From Geosiphon pyriformis uo1 (Eukaryota > Fungi > Glomeromycota): a stretch of 64,000 bases of DNA. Below the pieces are notes generated by a model, which saw nothing but the letters and a program-made list of their open reading frames with translations, was not told the origin of the DNA and made no database searches. Positions within the stretch are counted from its first letter, which is position 1; each line of letters starts with the position of its first letter. The position numbers and the translations under genes are program-made. Shown here piece by piece: positions 1 through 13,308 of this stretch. The stretch covers positions 76,190 through 140,189 of the forward strand of contig JAAOMT010000168.1 of the NCBI GenBank assembly GCA_016748015.1, in the 5' to 3' direction.

Positions 1-547
1 TTTTGTTGTTCGTCTGGTCTCTTTTGGGGGTAAAACTTGGGCTCAGGTTGCTGGTAGTATTTTGTCTTGTGTGGTTTTTTCAGGTTCTTTTGGTGCTGGT
101 CAGTCCCCTGGTGCCAAAACATTTTCATTTGCCTCTGTTTCCTCTAGTGGTCTTGACTTGTACAATCATATAACTTTTTTGAAACACTTTTTGGAGCTTT
201 TGGCTAACCAGATTTCTGGCATTTTGAAAAAATTGAGTTTGGTGGATTCGGTGCCCCTGGTGGTTGCTTCTGAAGTCTTTTCTCTAGTTGTTCCTGTGTC
301 TGTAGCCTTTGGCTTGAATTCAGATATAGCTTTGGTTGGTAAATTGGTGTCTTCTGTTTCCCCTTCTCTAGTTGTTAATAATATGATCAATAGTTTGAGT
401 TCAAGTAGTTCTAAGGTTTTGACCACTAAAGTTGGTGGCCTAGAATCTAAGATGTTGGCTTTAGAAATATTGGTTGAATCTGTTTTAGAGAAATTGGACT
501 ATTTGTGCTCGGGTTTGAGTTTATTGGCTTTTTTCTCTTCTCAATGA
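1..547 (+). pseudogene. LINE ORF1 C-terminal part
   Basis: SSSKVLTTKVGGLESKM motif shared with ORF1 ends at ~9420, ~49980 and ~56870; TGA at 545-547. Confidence 0.85.
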
Positions 548-3500
548 GTGATCTTGTTTGGAAAATTGTGATGTGTAATATAAGAGGTCTGAATAATCTA
601 GCCAAACAGGCTGATGTTATTCAATAGCACAAAGATATGAACAATCTGATTTCAATTTTTACCAAGACAAAACTCAAGAATAAGGTTTGCTTGTGAATAG
701 TCAATAAATTTGATAGGGTTCGGATGTTCACGTTTGGTCTGGATTCTGGTCACATGAATTCTGGGGTTGCTATTGCTATAAACTATTCTTTGGCAAAATA
801 TGTTTACAAAGTTTCTGAGGTGCCTGGTTGACTTTTATCCATCAAATTACTTTTCAAGAATAAACTTTCTGTGTTAATTTTGGGGCTTTACACTGGTGCT
901 TTGTCTGTGGTTTGGTTTTCACAGACTGGTAAAATCAACTCTCTTATTACAAAGATTGTGAACAAATCTTCTTTTGTCATTCTTGAAGGTAATTTCAATG
1001 AAGATGGTTTATGTAAAAGTGCGAGTTTTAAAAAGTGTATTGATTTGGGGCTGGTTAATTTTTTGTCAGGTAGTCTGGTTCTGAAAAATCCTACATGGGA
1101 AAATTTGAGAAGCATGAAAAAAACAATTGATTACATGTTGGTTTTGGCTAATTTGGTTAATGTGGTAATGGATCATATTGTTGTGGATGTCAATGAACAT
1201 TTTGACACTGATTATTAGGCAGTTTCTGTTTCAGTGGATTTGGGTGGTTTGCTAGATATTCAATTAAGCTCTCTTTGTAAACAAACAAACAAAAATCATT
1301 GAAAGTTTGATTTTAAAGATGTTGATAATACAAAGTAGAGCAAGTTTAAAGATGCTATGGCAGCCAATGCTGCCATGTTCTCTGATAATTTCATTGTTTT
1401 CAAGCAATTCTTGAATTTGAATGCAATATGAAATATTGTTTACAGGATTATGACATTGTTGGCTAATGAGATATTCAAGAAAAAGTGGTTTAAAGACTTC
1501 AATGGTGTCTTTACCAAAGAATTTTCTAGGTTTTATAAACTGGAGTATTTGGTCTCAAAAATTGTTAAGGCTTCTCATGAGATATGTGATGTTAGCTTCA
1601 TTTCTTTTATAAAGTACTGGAATTCTTTGGACAATGCCAAAGTCTCAGTTATTCCGAATCTTGTGAACTCTGGTGCAAAGTCTAATCATGTGTGCTCTGT
1701 TCTTTTTGGGATAAGGAAGTCTTATCATGCCTCCTAGCTTGATGAGTCACATAAGACAGAGAAATCTAGTATTAGATCAGTTATAGATAAAAGAATAGAG
1801 AGTTTTGCTGTCAATAAAGGCCACACAATTAGAAGTGTTTTGGAATGTCTTTTCTGGAAGGTGGTGTTGGATCATTTGGTCTCTGATAATGAGCTAGTTC
1901 TAGATTCTGTTAAGGTTAAGACCAAGATTGATACAATTATGGAGGGCTAGACAAGAAAGAAAGTTGTGTCTGTTTGTGTTTCTAATATGTAGCAGTATTA
2001 GTATTTGCTTTTATCACATATTGATGATAATGCGTTTTCCAAAATTATGGTTCCTGTTGGTTTTAATAAATTGGTTTGTGTGGTTAAGAATTTACCTAAT
2101 GGGAAGACTGCTGAGCTATCTGGCATTACAAATAAGATGTGAAAACACACTGACGATAAGATGCTCACTATGCTCTTAGACATTTTCAATCTTTGTTTAT
2201 TGTGAGAATCTGTTTCACAATCTTGAAAGAAAGCTTGGGTGTCAATAATCCTTAAGCCTTATGAATAGGAAGATGTCTTGACTAATACTAGACCAATTGC
2301 ATTGATAGAGATGGCTCATAAAGTTCTTTTTAAGTTGTTGTCTAATAAGATTTTCTTGGTCTGTAGTAAATTTGGCATTCTTTACAGTGACAATTTTTCT
2401 GTGCTAAAGGGTATAATGACCCAGTTTTTTATCTTTGCTGTTGGGTCAGTGGTTGAAAATGCTTTAGAAAAGAATTGTGAGTTGTGGTTGGTCTTGCAGG
2501 ATATGCAGAAAGCTTATGACTCTGTGGGTTAGCATCATTTAAGGAATAGCTTGATTCAAATCAAGATATGTGACTGATTTATCTGGTTCTTTGGGAGCAT
2601 TTATGGTAATAGAATCAACCGGATCATAACTGATTATGGTTTAACAGAAGGATACTGTGTGCATGATGGTCTGGATCAGGGTGAGGTTTTTTCTCCTCTG
2701 CTTTGGAAAATTTTTTATGACCCCTTGTTATGTGAATTAAATGACAGAAAAGTTTGTGTAGATATTGTATTAATATTAGATTTGTTGCTAAGACAGGCAG
2801 GCTGAAGACTCAGGGTGGAATGACCTCATTTCTTGCTGCTGGTGCTTTTGTTGATAACACAATTTGGGTTGGAAGCAGTCAGGTGGCCACTCAATATATT
2901 TTGGATATTGCTAGTAGTTTTTTTAAGGTCAATGACATTACAATTAACAATGAAAAGACAGTTGCCATCCCCATCAACCAGAGGATTAAGGATGCTTTTT
3001 TGTCAATAAGTGGTCTGCCAATATCTATTGCTCATAAAGAGGAGTGTCATAGATACTTTGGCATTTTTTTGTCTTTCGAGAGCTTGTCCAAGTTTAGCTT
3101 GGTAAAGACTTATTCAGATGTCAGATTTTTTGTCAATTTGGTTTTAAAGAAAGCCATATTAAATAAACAATTCCTTTATTTAGTCTTAGTAATACTGCAG
3201 CCAATAGTCAGTTACAGGACTCAGTTTAGTTTTGTTTCCAAGAATGTGTGTGCTAAGTAAGATGCTTTAATTAGGAGGGGTTTGAGGTTGAAGGCTGGTC
3301 TGCTGAGGGACTTCTTCAATGAGGCTCTTTATCATCCATTGCTATATGACTTGAAATTATTTAAGCAGTTGCAGACTGAATGTAAGATGGCTTCTTTGTT
3401 GAGTTTTTCGAATAATGGTGGACTTGTTGGTCATTTGTTTGAGCATAGAGTCTTGGATTTACAAGTTTTGAGCTGGTTGCCTATTTACTTTTTGTGTCAC

Positions 3501-5225
3501 CCTGTCAAGTTGCATGCTAGTCTGGTAAACAATTTCTTGGCAGGTGTAATTAAGATCTTAATAAGTTGTAATATGTCTTTTGACAATTTTTTTCTGTCTG
3601 CTTTCCATTTTTTGGGTGGCACTTCAATGTCTTTTGTACTGAAAGATTCAGTATTTTATGGTGTTTCATATTTGCTTAGAAGATTTGGGATCATATTTGT
3701 TGATTAGTTATATAATAAGAAAGAATTAATTTTTGATTGGAAAAGCTTTTGTCAGTAAAAAAGACTTGATCCAAGAGGCTCTATTCCTTATTGGTTTAAT
3801 TTGGCCTGTGATTTCTTGATCAAGTTCTCTATTTCTGTTGTTTTGCCTGTTGCTGGCTCTCAGTTTTTGGATGCTTATGTCTCTGATGTTGTATTTAAGA
3901 TAAGGCAGTGTCTTTTTGTTACTGATCTGGGTGTTATTAATGTCTACACAGATGGATTTTTAAGGAACCTGGATATGCAAAATATGAAGTGTGGTGTGGC
4001 TGCATATTTTTCCGATTTGGATTTGAGTATTAGCATTGGTGTTGATGGTTTGGTGTCCTCTATGTTGGCAGAAATACAAGCAATTATTTTGGCTCTGGAA
4101 TGCATTCTTTTTGGTAGTTCTGTTATAGTGTATTCAGACATTCAGGCTGCCTTAGATGTCTGTGCTGCTGAATTATTACTGGCTTTGCTGGACTTTCGCA
4201 GTTATTGCTAGATAGAATGGCATGGTGCAATGGCAGCTATTAGGAATAAAGAACTTAAAGTTTCTTGGTACAAGGTTAAAAGACATTTGGGCATATTGGG
4301 TAATAAACATGCTAATGAGCTGGCTGGCTTGGCTGCTGGCTCAAATTGTGTACTTTCTGTTTTGATCAAGGACAAGTTTGTTAGGACTGGTGAAGTGGCA
4401 ATGTTTGTGAATATTTGTTGTTTTACTCATAAGATTTTTGGAGCTGTTTATCAAGCTTGTTGGGAGGTTGAACCTGGCTCAAAGATTATTGATGCAAGTA
4501 TGATTAGAGATGTAGATTGGGTTTGTACTACCTTAGTTTGGCATCCTGACTCACACATGGCTGCTGGCTTTACCAGCAGGTTCACAGCTAATTTATGTTC
4601 ATACTTTATAAAGACTTTATACCATTATCTGCTGGTTGCTGTTCGAAAGCATATTTATAATAGCAGATATCCTAGTGTTTTGTGTTTTCATTATAAGGAT
4701 ATTGAAGGTTCCAATTATTTTTTTATTTGTCTGTTTGATGCTAAAATTTGTGGTAATCTACTCAAATCCTATTTGGCTCAATGGGATACCCAATCAGGTT
4801 TGAGTCTGTTTTCATCTTGGATTATGCAGATGTTTTTTTTAAGTGTCTCAGAAAATTCTGTTTATTTGGCTTTATGTAAAGGTTTTTTGTTCAAAGATTG
4901 GTATTTGGAGGCTCTGTTTATTTTTGATGGTGCTAAGATTACTGGTGAAAATGTTGTGAAATTTGTTCGAGACTTGGGAGTAGCTCACTGTGCTAATGTA
5001 TGGTTGGTTCATGCCAAATTTAGATCATTTATGGAAAAGAGAGGACTGATCATGTGTGATGAGTCTTTATTGCCTGATGTCTATAGTCTGTTATTTTTGC
5101 TTTCTATTAAAGTTGTTCGATTATTAGGGGTTGCTAAGGCACTCAGTATTAGCTTTGGCTTTTGTAAGTCTTGTTGCTTTTTTTCTGACGTTGTTAATAC
5201 TGTGTCTGTTAAGATATATTCATAG
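544..5225 (+). pseudogene. LINE ORF2 (APE endonuclease - RT - RNase H - Cys motif), disrupted by stops
   Basis: ATG 544 (MSDLVWKIVMCNIRGLNN, typical APE start); ORF-track fragments 871-5225 carry the motifs in the expected order. Confidence 0.92.
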
Positions 5226-5419
5226 TGTTGCTCTGATTGGTCCAAGTGGCTAGTCACATATAAAAAGTGCATAATTTGCATCTAGTTTAAATCACTTAAT
5301 TTAATGTATTGTACTAGGTGGCATTTGGGCCTTACTTGTTAAATGAATAAAAAAAATAAAAATAAAAAAACCATTTATTAAAAAAAAATTTATATTTGTA
5401 TTAATTTTTTTTAAACTAA

Positions 5420-7505
5420 AAATAAAAAAACTTTTTGTTAACAAAAAATATTTAGATATAAATAAAATTTATTGGTTTTATAATTATAATAAAAGATTTA
5501 CTAATATATAAAAAAACTTTTTCAATTCTTAAATTAATTAAAATAATTATTGTTTTATTTATATTAATTAAAATGTTTATAATATTAAAACACTTATTAA
5601 GAATGTTTAAAATCTTTTGTGTAACTATATAATAGTTATTAATTTAGATTATATTATTAATAAAAACATTAATAATTAAGTATAATATTAATTTAATATT
5701 AGATTTAATTCTGTTAGTTTTTATAATAAACTTAAAATTCTATTTAATATCTATAAAAAACTTTATACTTTTTTATCTTACACAAAAAAGAGTCATAAAA
5801 TATTTTCTATAAAAAGACAAAAACATTTTACTTTAATTTAAATTATTATAAATTTTATAATTTTTTATTAATTTAAAATTTATTATATTTCTATTTATAA
5901 AGTTATTGTAAATATATTTGAAAAATCAGATAAATTTATTACATATTTTAATTCTTTTTAAAATATTTTTTGATGTAATTATCTTATAAAATCGTAAATT
6001 TTACATATATTTTAAAAAACTAACCAAATTTTTCTGTTTTTTTTTTCAATATATTCTTAATAACAAAATTAATTACAAACACAAAAAATTAAGTTAATAT
6101 GTCTTTTAATATTAAAAAATTGTTTTTTCTAAGAATTTCAAACTTGTTATAAACTACAAAAATCTAATTAAAAAAAATCTTTGACAAAATTTTTTAGCAA
6201 TTTCAATTAAAACAATTAGCTTAGTATTTATTAAAATGTTTTTCTATTTATATAGTTTTAGAATTATAAAAATCTATGTTTTTTGTTATGTATTAAAAAA
6301 TTTTTTTTTAATAAACACATATTTAAAAGTTACATTAAAACAAATTTATTACAATTTTTTTTTCATCTTATTAGTAATTTTAAAAAAACTTGTAGCTTTT
6401 TTTTTAAAAAAATTTTTTATAATTAATAACTTTTTATCAAAACCAATTTATTTTATAATATCACAAAATATATTGTTATTAATATAATTTAAAATAATCT
6501 TTTTAAAAAATTATTTTAATATATTTTTAATTATAGTGTTTTTATTATTAGCAAAAGTTTTTATATATTTAGTAATAATATTTTTTATGTACAAATTCTT
6601 TATAGCTTTGAATTTACATATTTTATAATATTTATAAAGTTTTCTAAACTAAACCAAAATTTGTTTAATTTTATAATTATTAGATCTAATATTTAAAAAA
6701 TTTTAAAAACTTGTAACCTAATCTGAATCAAGTTTATTTTACTTATTTATTAAAATTCTAAACTCTTTTAAATTATTCAACTTAAATATTAAAATATAAC
6801 TTAATTTTTGTAATAATTAAAATATTATTTTTTAATTTTTTATATTACTTAATAATATTATTTTGTTTAACAGAAACATTTATGTTTTTAATATTATAAA
6901 TAATTGTTTTTTAGATTAAGTTATTATTAGCAATAAAAAAAACCATATTATTATTTAAATAAAATAGATTAAACTTGTTTAAAACTGTTTTAAATAATTT
7001 TTTAACATCAACATTTTAGTTTTTAAATCATTAATTTTAAATATTAAAACTTTTGAGCTATTTAACAACTAAAAGAATTTATTTATTATTTTAAACACAA
7101 TTAAAAAATTTAACAACAGTCTATTAATAATTTTTTGTTTGTGTATTTTTTTTAGTTTTTGGCTAATAAAAAAAAATTTAACTTATATATAATTGCTAAA
7201 TTTTGATTAGCAAAAAATATTAATAAATATTTTAAAATATTTAAACAAAAATTCAAAGCTAAAACCATAATATTATTATTTAAAATATTAATATTATTAT
7301 TTAATATTAAAGAATTATAAGAAAAAATATAAAATAAAATAGATTTTGCATTACTAATTATTAATATTTAAGTTTTACTACCAAAAACCAGATAATAAAT
7401 TAAAAATTTGTTTTTTTACATATATATATGTAAAATACTACTTATTAAAATTAAACAAATAGCAGTATTTTTAAAAAAAAACCAAATTAAAACACATAAT
7501 TACAT
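5420..7505 (-). mobile_element. Extremely eroded LINE ORF2 relic (APE-RT region)
   Basis: Manual reverse translation gives KIFYDSFLCKIK (~5780-5815; cf. KIFYDPLLCE), NILINTKLIVLIEIAKK (~6190-6240; cf. VLTNTRPIALIE) and NILININKTIIILIN (~5535-5580; cf. NDITINNEKTVAIPIN). Boundaries approximate. Confidence 0.8.
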
Positions 7506-7515
7506 AGCAGAAAAA

Positions 7516-10500
7516 TTTTTTTTTCTCTTTTTAATCCTCTAACCATAATGAAAGCTTTATTTTATCAAAGTTTTAGCTTTCTTTTTTCCTTTTTACTTTC
7601 AGTTATTTCTTTTAATACACTTCTTTTTGTTGCTATAAACCCAGTGGACACTTCTGTTAATGGTTTTGGTTCTGTTTTGGCTGGGTTGGAGACCCAGTCT
7701 AGCACTAAGAAAAAAGCATGTATTGAGAGTATCTATTCTTATGGTTCTTTGTACAAAAAAACTAAGAATCCTGAAGTTACTGGTGGTTTAGTAAATTTGT
7801 CAGCTGGTCTCATTTCTATCAACATCTTTTAAGTTAAAGCTAAAGAATACAAGGTATTCTGGAATAGTAAGATTGAAAATAACAAATCTAGTATAAGTAG
7901 GGTGTTGGATGTTGAGAACTTAAAAAACATGATAGCTGAAGAGACAAGCTATATTAACTTCAACACTTTAGATACAAATAACATAATAGACAATACAATT
8001 TCAAAAAAGACACAAACAAAGACTTACATCTTGGGACAACCACCAAAAATGCTCTTTTTTAACACTCTAAGTAATGATAATATTAAGTTAGTGCTTCTGG
8101 CACCTAAATTTGTTGGGTTTAATTGGCTGCTGCGTGCTGAGTTATGTGTCTTGAAAAAACATAGCTTTGAACCAGTTAAATTGTTTGCATTAGATATTAA
8201 GCTATCTACAATATCTGGTAAGACTATAAGTGATAAATTAATTTCTATTAAAAAAATTTTTTATCATGTGGATGGTTTTGGAGGAGCTTCTACTCTCTCA
8301 AAATTCCCAGGAATTATCAGATCATCTTTTACATCTGAATCAAGTTTGAATAAGGCAAAAGATTTGGCAATTTGTGAAAAAATTTTAGTTAATAATGATG
8401 TAAAAAAAACAATTGGTTGTACCAATTGGAAAATAATTGTCAAAGAGATCCCAGTAAATCTTTCCAAATTGGCAATAGAAGTGGTTTTTTCTAAATTTGG
8501 TAAAATCAATTCAATCAGACTATAGCTAATTGGTCTTTGGCAGAAAGCCTTGATTGAGTTTGAATTTTTAAAAGTGACCAGTTTAGTTACTTCTAAATAG
8601 TTGGTTTTTGTGGGTAAAGATTTTGTGCAGATAGCTCTAGCCATTAATAATAAAGATTCATGGATAAATAAGAATTGGCATTGGGCTCTGCTTTACACTT
8701 TTCTAATTGGTACTATTGCTCATGATTTGTCAAATTTGTTTTATTGGGCATAATCCGGTTTTATATGTTTACAATAAAAGTGTTGTCATTTGTTTTGGTA
8801 ATAAAAAGTCAAAAAATGCTGTTATTGGTTTTTTGCCAGTTTTCAAAGATGTAAATTTGTGCTGGACAGGTTTTTCTTTGGCCTGTTGTGCTAAGTGTAA
8901 ACAACTTAGTCATATTTCTGATGTATGTTTAATAGGTAAGAATTCTGGTATATATAGTAAGTAGGTAGTAACTTCTTAAGATTAAGTTCACTTGGCCAAT
9001 ATATATAAGAGAAAGCAAACACCAATTATTTACCCAGTTTTTTTTGGCAGAAAAACTTGGGCCCAAGTTACTGGTGGCCCTTCTTTTCATGTGATTTATT
9101 TTGTTGCTTCTGGTGTTGGTTTACTTCCAGGTGTAAAATCTTTTTTGTCAAATTCTATCTTTTTTAAGATCTCTAGTTTAAATGATCATTTGGCATTCTT
9201 GAAGTGCTCTTTGAAGCATTTGATGGATCAAGTTTCTGATATTTTGAAAAAGCTAAGCTTAGTAGAATTAATACCTTTGGTGTCCTCAGTTCTTGCTTTC
9301 TTTCCTATTGGTTCTGAGTCTTTAATCTTAGGTTTAGAATCAAATATGACTTTGGATGATGCACTGGTATCACCAGTTTTTTCTCTCTCTGTTATTGATA
9401 ATGTTGTGTCCAGTTTGAGTAGCTCAAAAGTGCTAACCAATAAGATGGGTGGCTTGGAAATAAAAATGGTGTCTTTGGAAGTGTCAATCAGTTCAGTGTT
9501 GGCTAGATTGAATTGTTTGTGCTCTAATTTGGGTTCTTTGTTACATTCTTTGTTCTAATAAGTGGTCTGATATGGAAATTTACTATATGTAATGTCTAAA
9601 GTATCAATATTCCTATGAAGCAAGTGGATATTGTCTGTTGGCATGTAAATTCTGGTAGTTTTGTGTCTTTTGTTACATAAACTAAATTGTGGTCTAGTGT
9701 CAAGCCATGAATTGCCAATAAGTTTAAAGATGTATGTGTTTTTATATCTGGTTTGGACAAAAGATTTCTTGATGCTGGAGTGGTCATAATTATGAACAAT
9801 TTATTGGCTTGTCATGTATCTAAAGTGGAAGAAATTCCTGGTTGGATTATTTCAGTGTGACTGTTATTTAAAGGCAAGCTTTTAATTACAATTTTGAGTT
9901 TGTATGCTGGTGTTTTTCCTGAAACTAGGTTTGATCAAACTTTGGAGGTGAACTCTCTGATTGCAAAAGCTGTTAACTTCAGCACTTTTGTGGTCTTGAG
10001 TAGAGATTTTAATAAGAATAGATCTGAAAAGAGTGCAAGTTATAAGTTCTGTTTGGGTTTGAGTTTGATTAATTTATTTGCTATCCATCATTTGGTGAAA
10101 ACTCTTACATAGAGTAATTTCAGAGGAGTTGAAAAAACAATTAATCACATTTTTATCAGTGAGAATTTATTATTTGCAGTCACCAATCATTAGGTCTGCT
10201 TTGTTTTCAGTTTTTTCAATACTAATTACAATGTCATTATGGTTTTGATTGACTTGAGTGGGCTCTTAAATGTTTATTTGAATAGTCTGCACAAACAGAC
10301 TAACAGAGATTATTGGAAGTTTAAAATTAAGAATACTAATTGCTTCAAATAGGCTGAATTTAGGGACTGTTCTTCTGTCAAGCTTTTAATAATTGTTAAT
10401 AAATTCTCTGATGCCATATTCTGTGGTAATTTAAATAGTATGTAAGCAATTTTGAAGAAGATGATAGTGGAGTCAGCTGATGAAATATTTTCAAAACATT

Positions 10501-12630
10501 GGTTTAGTGAATTTTAGTGTTCAAGAAATCAACATTTTTCTAAGTTTTTTGGTTTGGAATTGTTGGTTGCCAAAATTGTTAAAACATTTAACTCTGACAA
10601 CATGTCTGAGGTTAATCATCTTGCAAAAATATGGTCAATTTTAGATGATACTAAGGCTTGCAATTTTGCTGATTTGGTGTATTTAGAGGTAAAATCTGTG
10701 GTGGTTCTCAAACATTTGTTATTAGCTTATAAAGAATACAGAAAGTCTAATATATATAAGTCAAAGTTGGTTAAAAAGGCTTCTATTAGAAAAGCAAATA
10801 CAATACATATGGAAAATTTTTGTTCCAACAAAGGTAGCATAATTTGCAATGTTTTGAAACAACTCTTTTACAAGATAGTTTTGGATCACTTGGTGGTAAA
10901 TAATAAGTTAGTTTTGGAACCAGAAGAGATAAAATCAGGTGTGAATAGAATCATAAAAGGTTGGACAAGAAAACATACAATGCCTCTGATACTACCTGAT
11001 CTTTGGACTCACTAGTATGCATTATTAGACTATGTCAGGAAAGATGCTTTTTCTGGTGTGATGGATGTAATTAGTATAAGTAAATTGTTCTTGATTGTTA
11101 ATGGTCTGCTTAATAGTAAAGCCACTGGCTTATTTGGCATTCCTAATGAACTATAGAAACATAACAGTAAGGATGTGTTAGAATGTTTTTTGGTGTTGTT
11201 GAACATGTGTTTAATTGTTGGTAGTGTGCCTGTTTTGTAGATGAGAGCTTGGGTTTTGATAATTTCTAAACCTTATGACTGAGATAAAGTCTTTATGAAT
11301 ACACATCCCATAGCTTTGATTGAAACTGCCAAAAAAATTCTATTTAAGATTTTGTTTAATTGTATTTCATTGGCATGCAGCAAGTTTAATGTTCTCTAGG
11401 ATGATAATTTTTTGGTGTTAAGGAGTACATCTACACAATCTCTTATATTTGTTATCAGGTCAGTAGTTGAAGATACTCTTAAAAAAAATAGGGAAATTTA
11501 GTTAGTCCTGCAGAATATGCAGAAAGTATATAATTTAGTTGAGTAGCACCACTTGGAAAATAGCTTGCAGTGTATTAAAATATGTAAGAAATTCATTCAG
11601 TTTTTTGGTAGTATTCATAAGAATAGATTTAACAAAATGATGACTGATTTTAGGTTGTCAAATAGTTATAGGGTGTTTGATAGATTGGATCAGAATGAAG
11701 TTTTTTCACCCCTTCTGTGGAGGATCTTTTATAATTTTCTCTTGTATAAAGTTAAAAGACATAAATATTTGTGTAAGTACTGAATCAATAGTAAATTTGT
11801 TTCAAAGACAGGCAGAGTTAAGAATAGTGGTAGAATAACTTCTTTTTTTGCAGCAAGTGTATTTGTTAATGACACTATTTGAATTGGGAATTTTCAGATC
11901 TTTACTCAGTATGTTTTGAACATTACCAATAAGTTTTTTGAAATCAACAATATTTCTATCAACAGTAAAAAAACAGTGGTTATTCTCATAAATCAGGGTA
12001 TTAGGGTTGCTTTTTTCAATATTTGTGATCAGCCAATCACAATTGTTAAGAAAAGTAATATTCATTATTACCTAAGAATTTTTTGTTTACCAATGGCTTA
12101 TCCAAGCCAAGTATTGCCAAGACTTATTCTGATGTTCATTTTTTGTTAATGTTGTGCTTTGGAAGGCTATTACAGATAAACAATTCTCTTATTTGGTATT
12201 AGCTGTCCTGCAGTCTATAATCAGTTATCAAACTCAGTTCAGTTTTGTTTCATCAAATGTGTGTTGCATGTGAGATGTTATGATCAGAAAAAGTTTCAAA
12301 CTGAAAGCATGTCTGCCCCATAATTTTTTGAATACAGCTTTGTATTATCCCTCTTTGTATGACTTGAAGTCTTTTAAACAAATGCAGTCTGAAGCAAAGA
12401 TGGCTGCTCTGATCTCCTTTTCCAATGCTGTAGACATTCTTGAATATTTGTTTAGTCATAGATTCTTGAACTTGCAAGTTTTAAGTTGGGCTTTTTTGAA
12501 TCCTTTGCAGTTTTTTGTCAAGTTACATGTTAGTCCAGTAAACAATTTTTTAGTTAAAATGGTAAAAATTTTTTTGGGCAATAAGCTTTTATTGGTTAAC
12601 AATTTTCTAAATGTCTTTCATAGTTTTGGT
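7516..12630 (+). mobile_element. LINE copy 2, 5' end present, 3' part lost after RT
   Basis: 5' motif TTAATCCTCTAACCATAA shared with copies at 48050 and 54951; ORF1 ~7635-9561 with CAKCKQLSHISDVC knuckle; ORF2 from 9558 with APE and RT fragments; abrupt switch to LTR sequence at 12631. Confidence 0.93.
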
Positions 12631-13308
12631 CCAAAATTTCTAGCTAGAAAATTAAGAAATTCAAGGAATCTCATATATCATAAATTATGTATATATAATA
12701 GCAGTATCAGAAGCTAAAAAATTAGTTAATTAGACTTGCAAATCATAATAATTAAATACTTTTTCTTTTAAAAATAATTGTTATCAACCAAAATAAAATT
12801 ATATTAATAAAATATTCCTTTAATTTTTCAAATCCATGTTATTATTTACTACTTAATCTGCTGGCATAATAGCTCTTAATCACAGCTATTGACAAGACAC
12901 TTATTTCTTATTTTATTTTATTTTATTTTATTTTTTTATTTTCTTTTATTTTTTTATTTTTTTTTATTTTTGTTTGTTAATTTACTAATTGATTAAAAAA
13001 TTAACATACAGAGTCACTGACATCAAAAAGACTGGTAAAAGATCTGTGAAACAAAGATAAAACACTTATAATTGAGGATAGCTTACCAAGAAAATTACTG
13101 GCCATTACACTGAGAAAAAAATTTGACAAAATTGCAATTCCAGAAAGTTACAGATAAAACAATATCTGAATCTCTGTTTATTATGCAAAAAACTTAACCA
13201 AAACCTTTAGATTACAAAAACCTTTAGAAATCAACACTATTATATTAATTGAGCACCAAGTTATGAATTTGTTATTTGTTTTCATATCCCAAATAATCAT
13301 TTATAACA
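12631..13308 (+). repeat. 5' LTR, family A, first ~155 bp missing
   Basis: Matches 3' LTR 14558-15411; ends TATAACA followed by TTTGGT. Confidence 0.88.

Larger units (their letters stand above)
1..5370 (+). mobile_element. Non-LTR retrotransposon (LINE copy 1), 5' part outside window, decayed
   Basis: ORF1 C-terminus, then ORF2 fragments with APE (GNFNE, TIDY), RT (TNTRPIALIE, LQDMQKAYDSV, GLDQGEVFSPLLW, AFVDN), RNase H (YTDG, LAEIQAI, GNKHANELA), 3' UTR and A-rich tail at ~5345-5370. Confidence 0.95.

Noticed and set aside
166-426. Antisense ORFs opposite LINE ORF1 ends (also 9228-9440, 49634-50017, 56731-56994)
   Set aside because: Recur only because the homologous sense sequence has few antisense stops; starts are not conserved and no domain is recognisable
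5238-5295. tRNA-like A-box (TGGTCCAAGTGG) and decayed B-box (GTTTAAATC) in the LINE 3' UTR
   Set aside because: B-box-like word is not kept in the other copies and no cloverleaf can be drawn; not called as tRNA or SINE
6236-6487. 83-aa hydrophobic ORF
   Set aside because: F/I/K/L/N-only composition from AT-rich DNA, antisense to an eroded LINE relic
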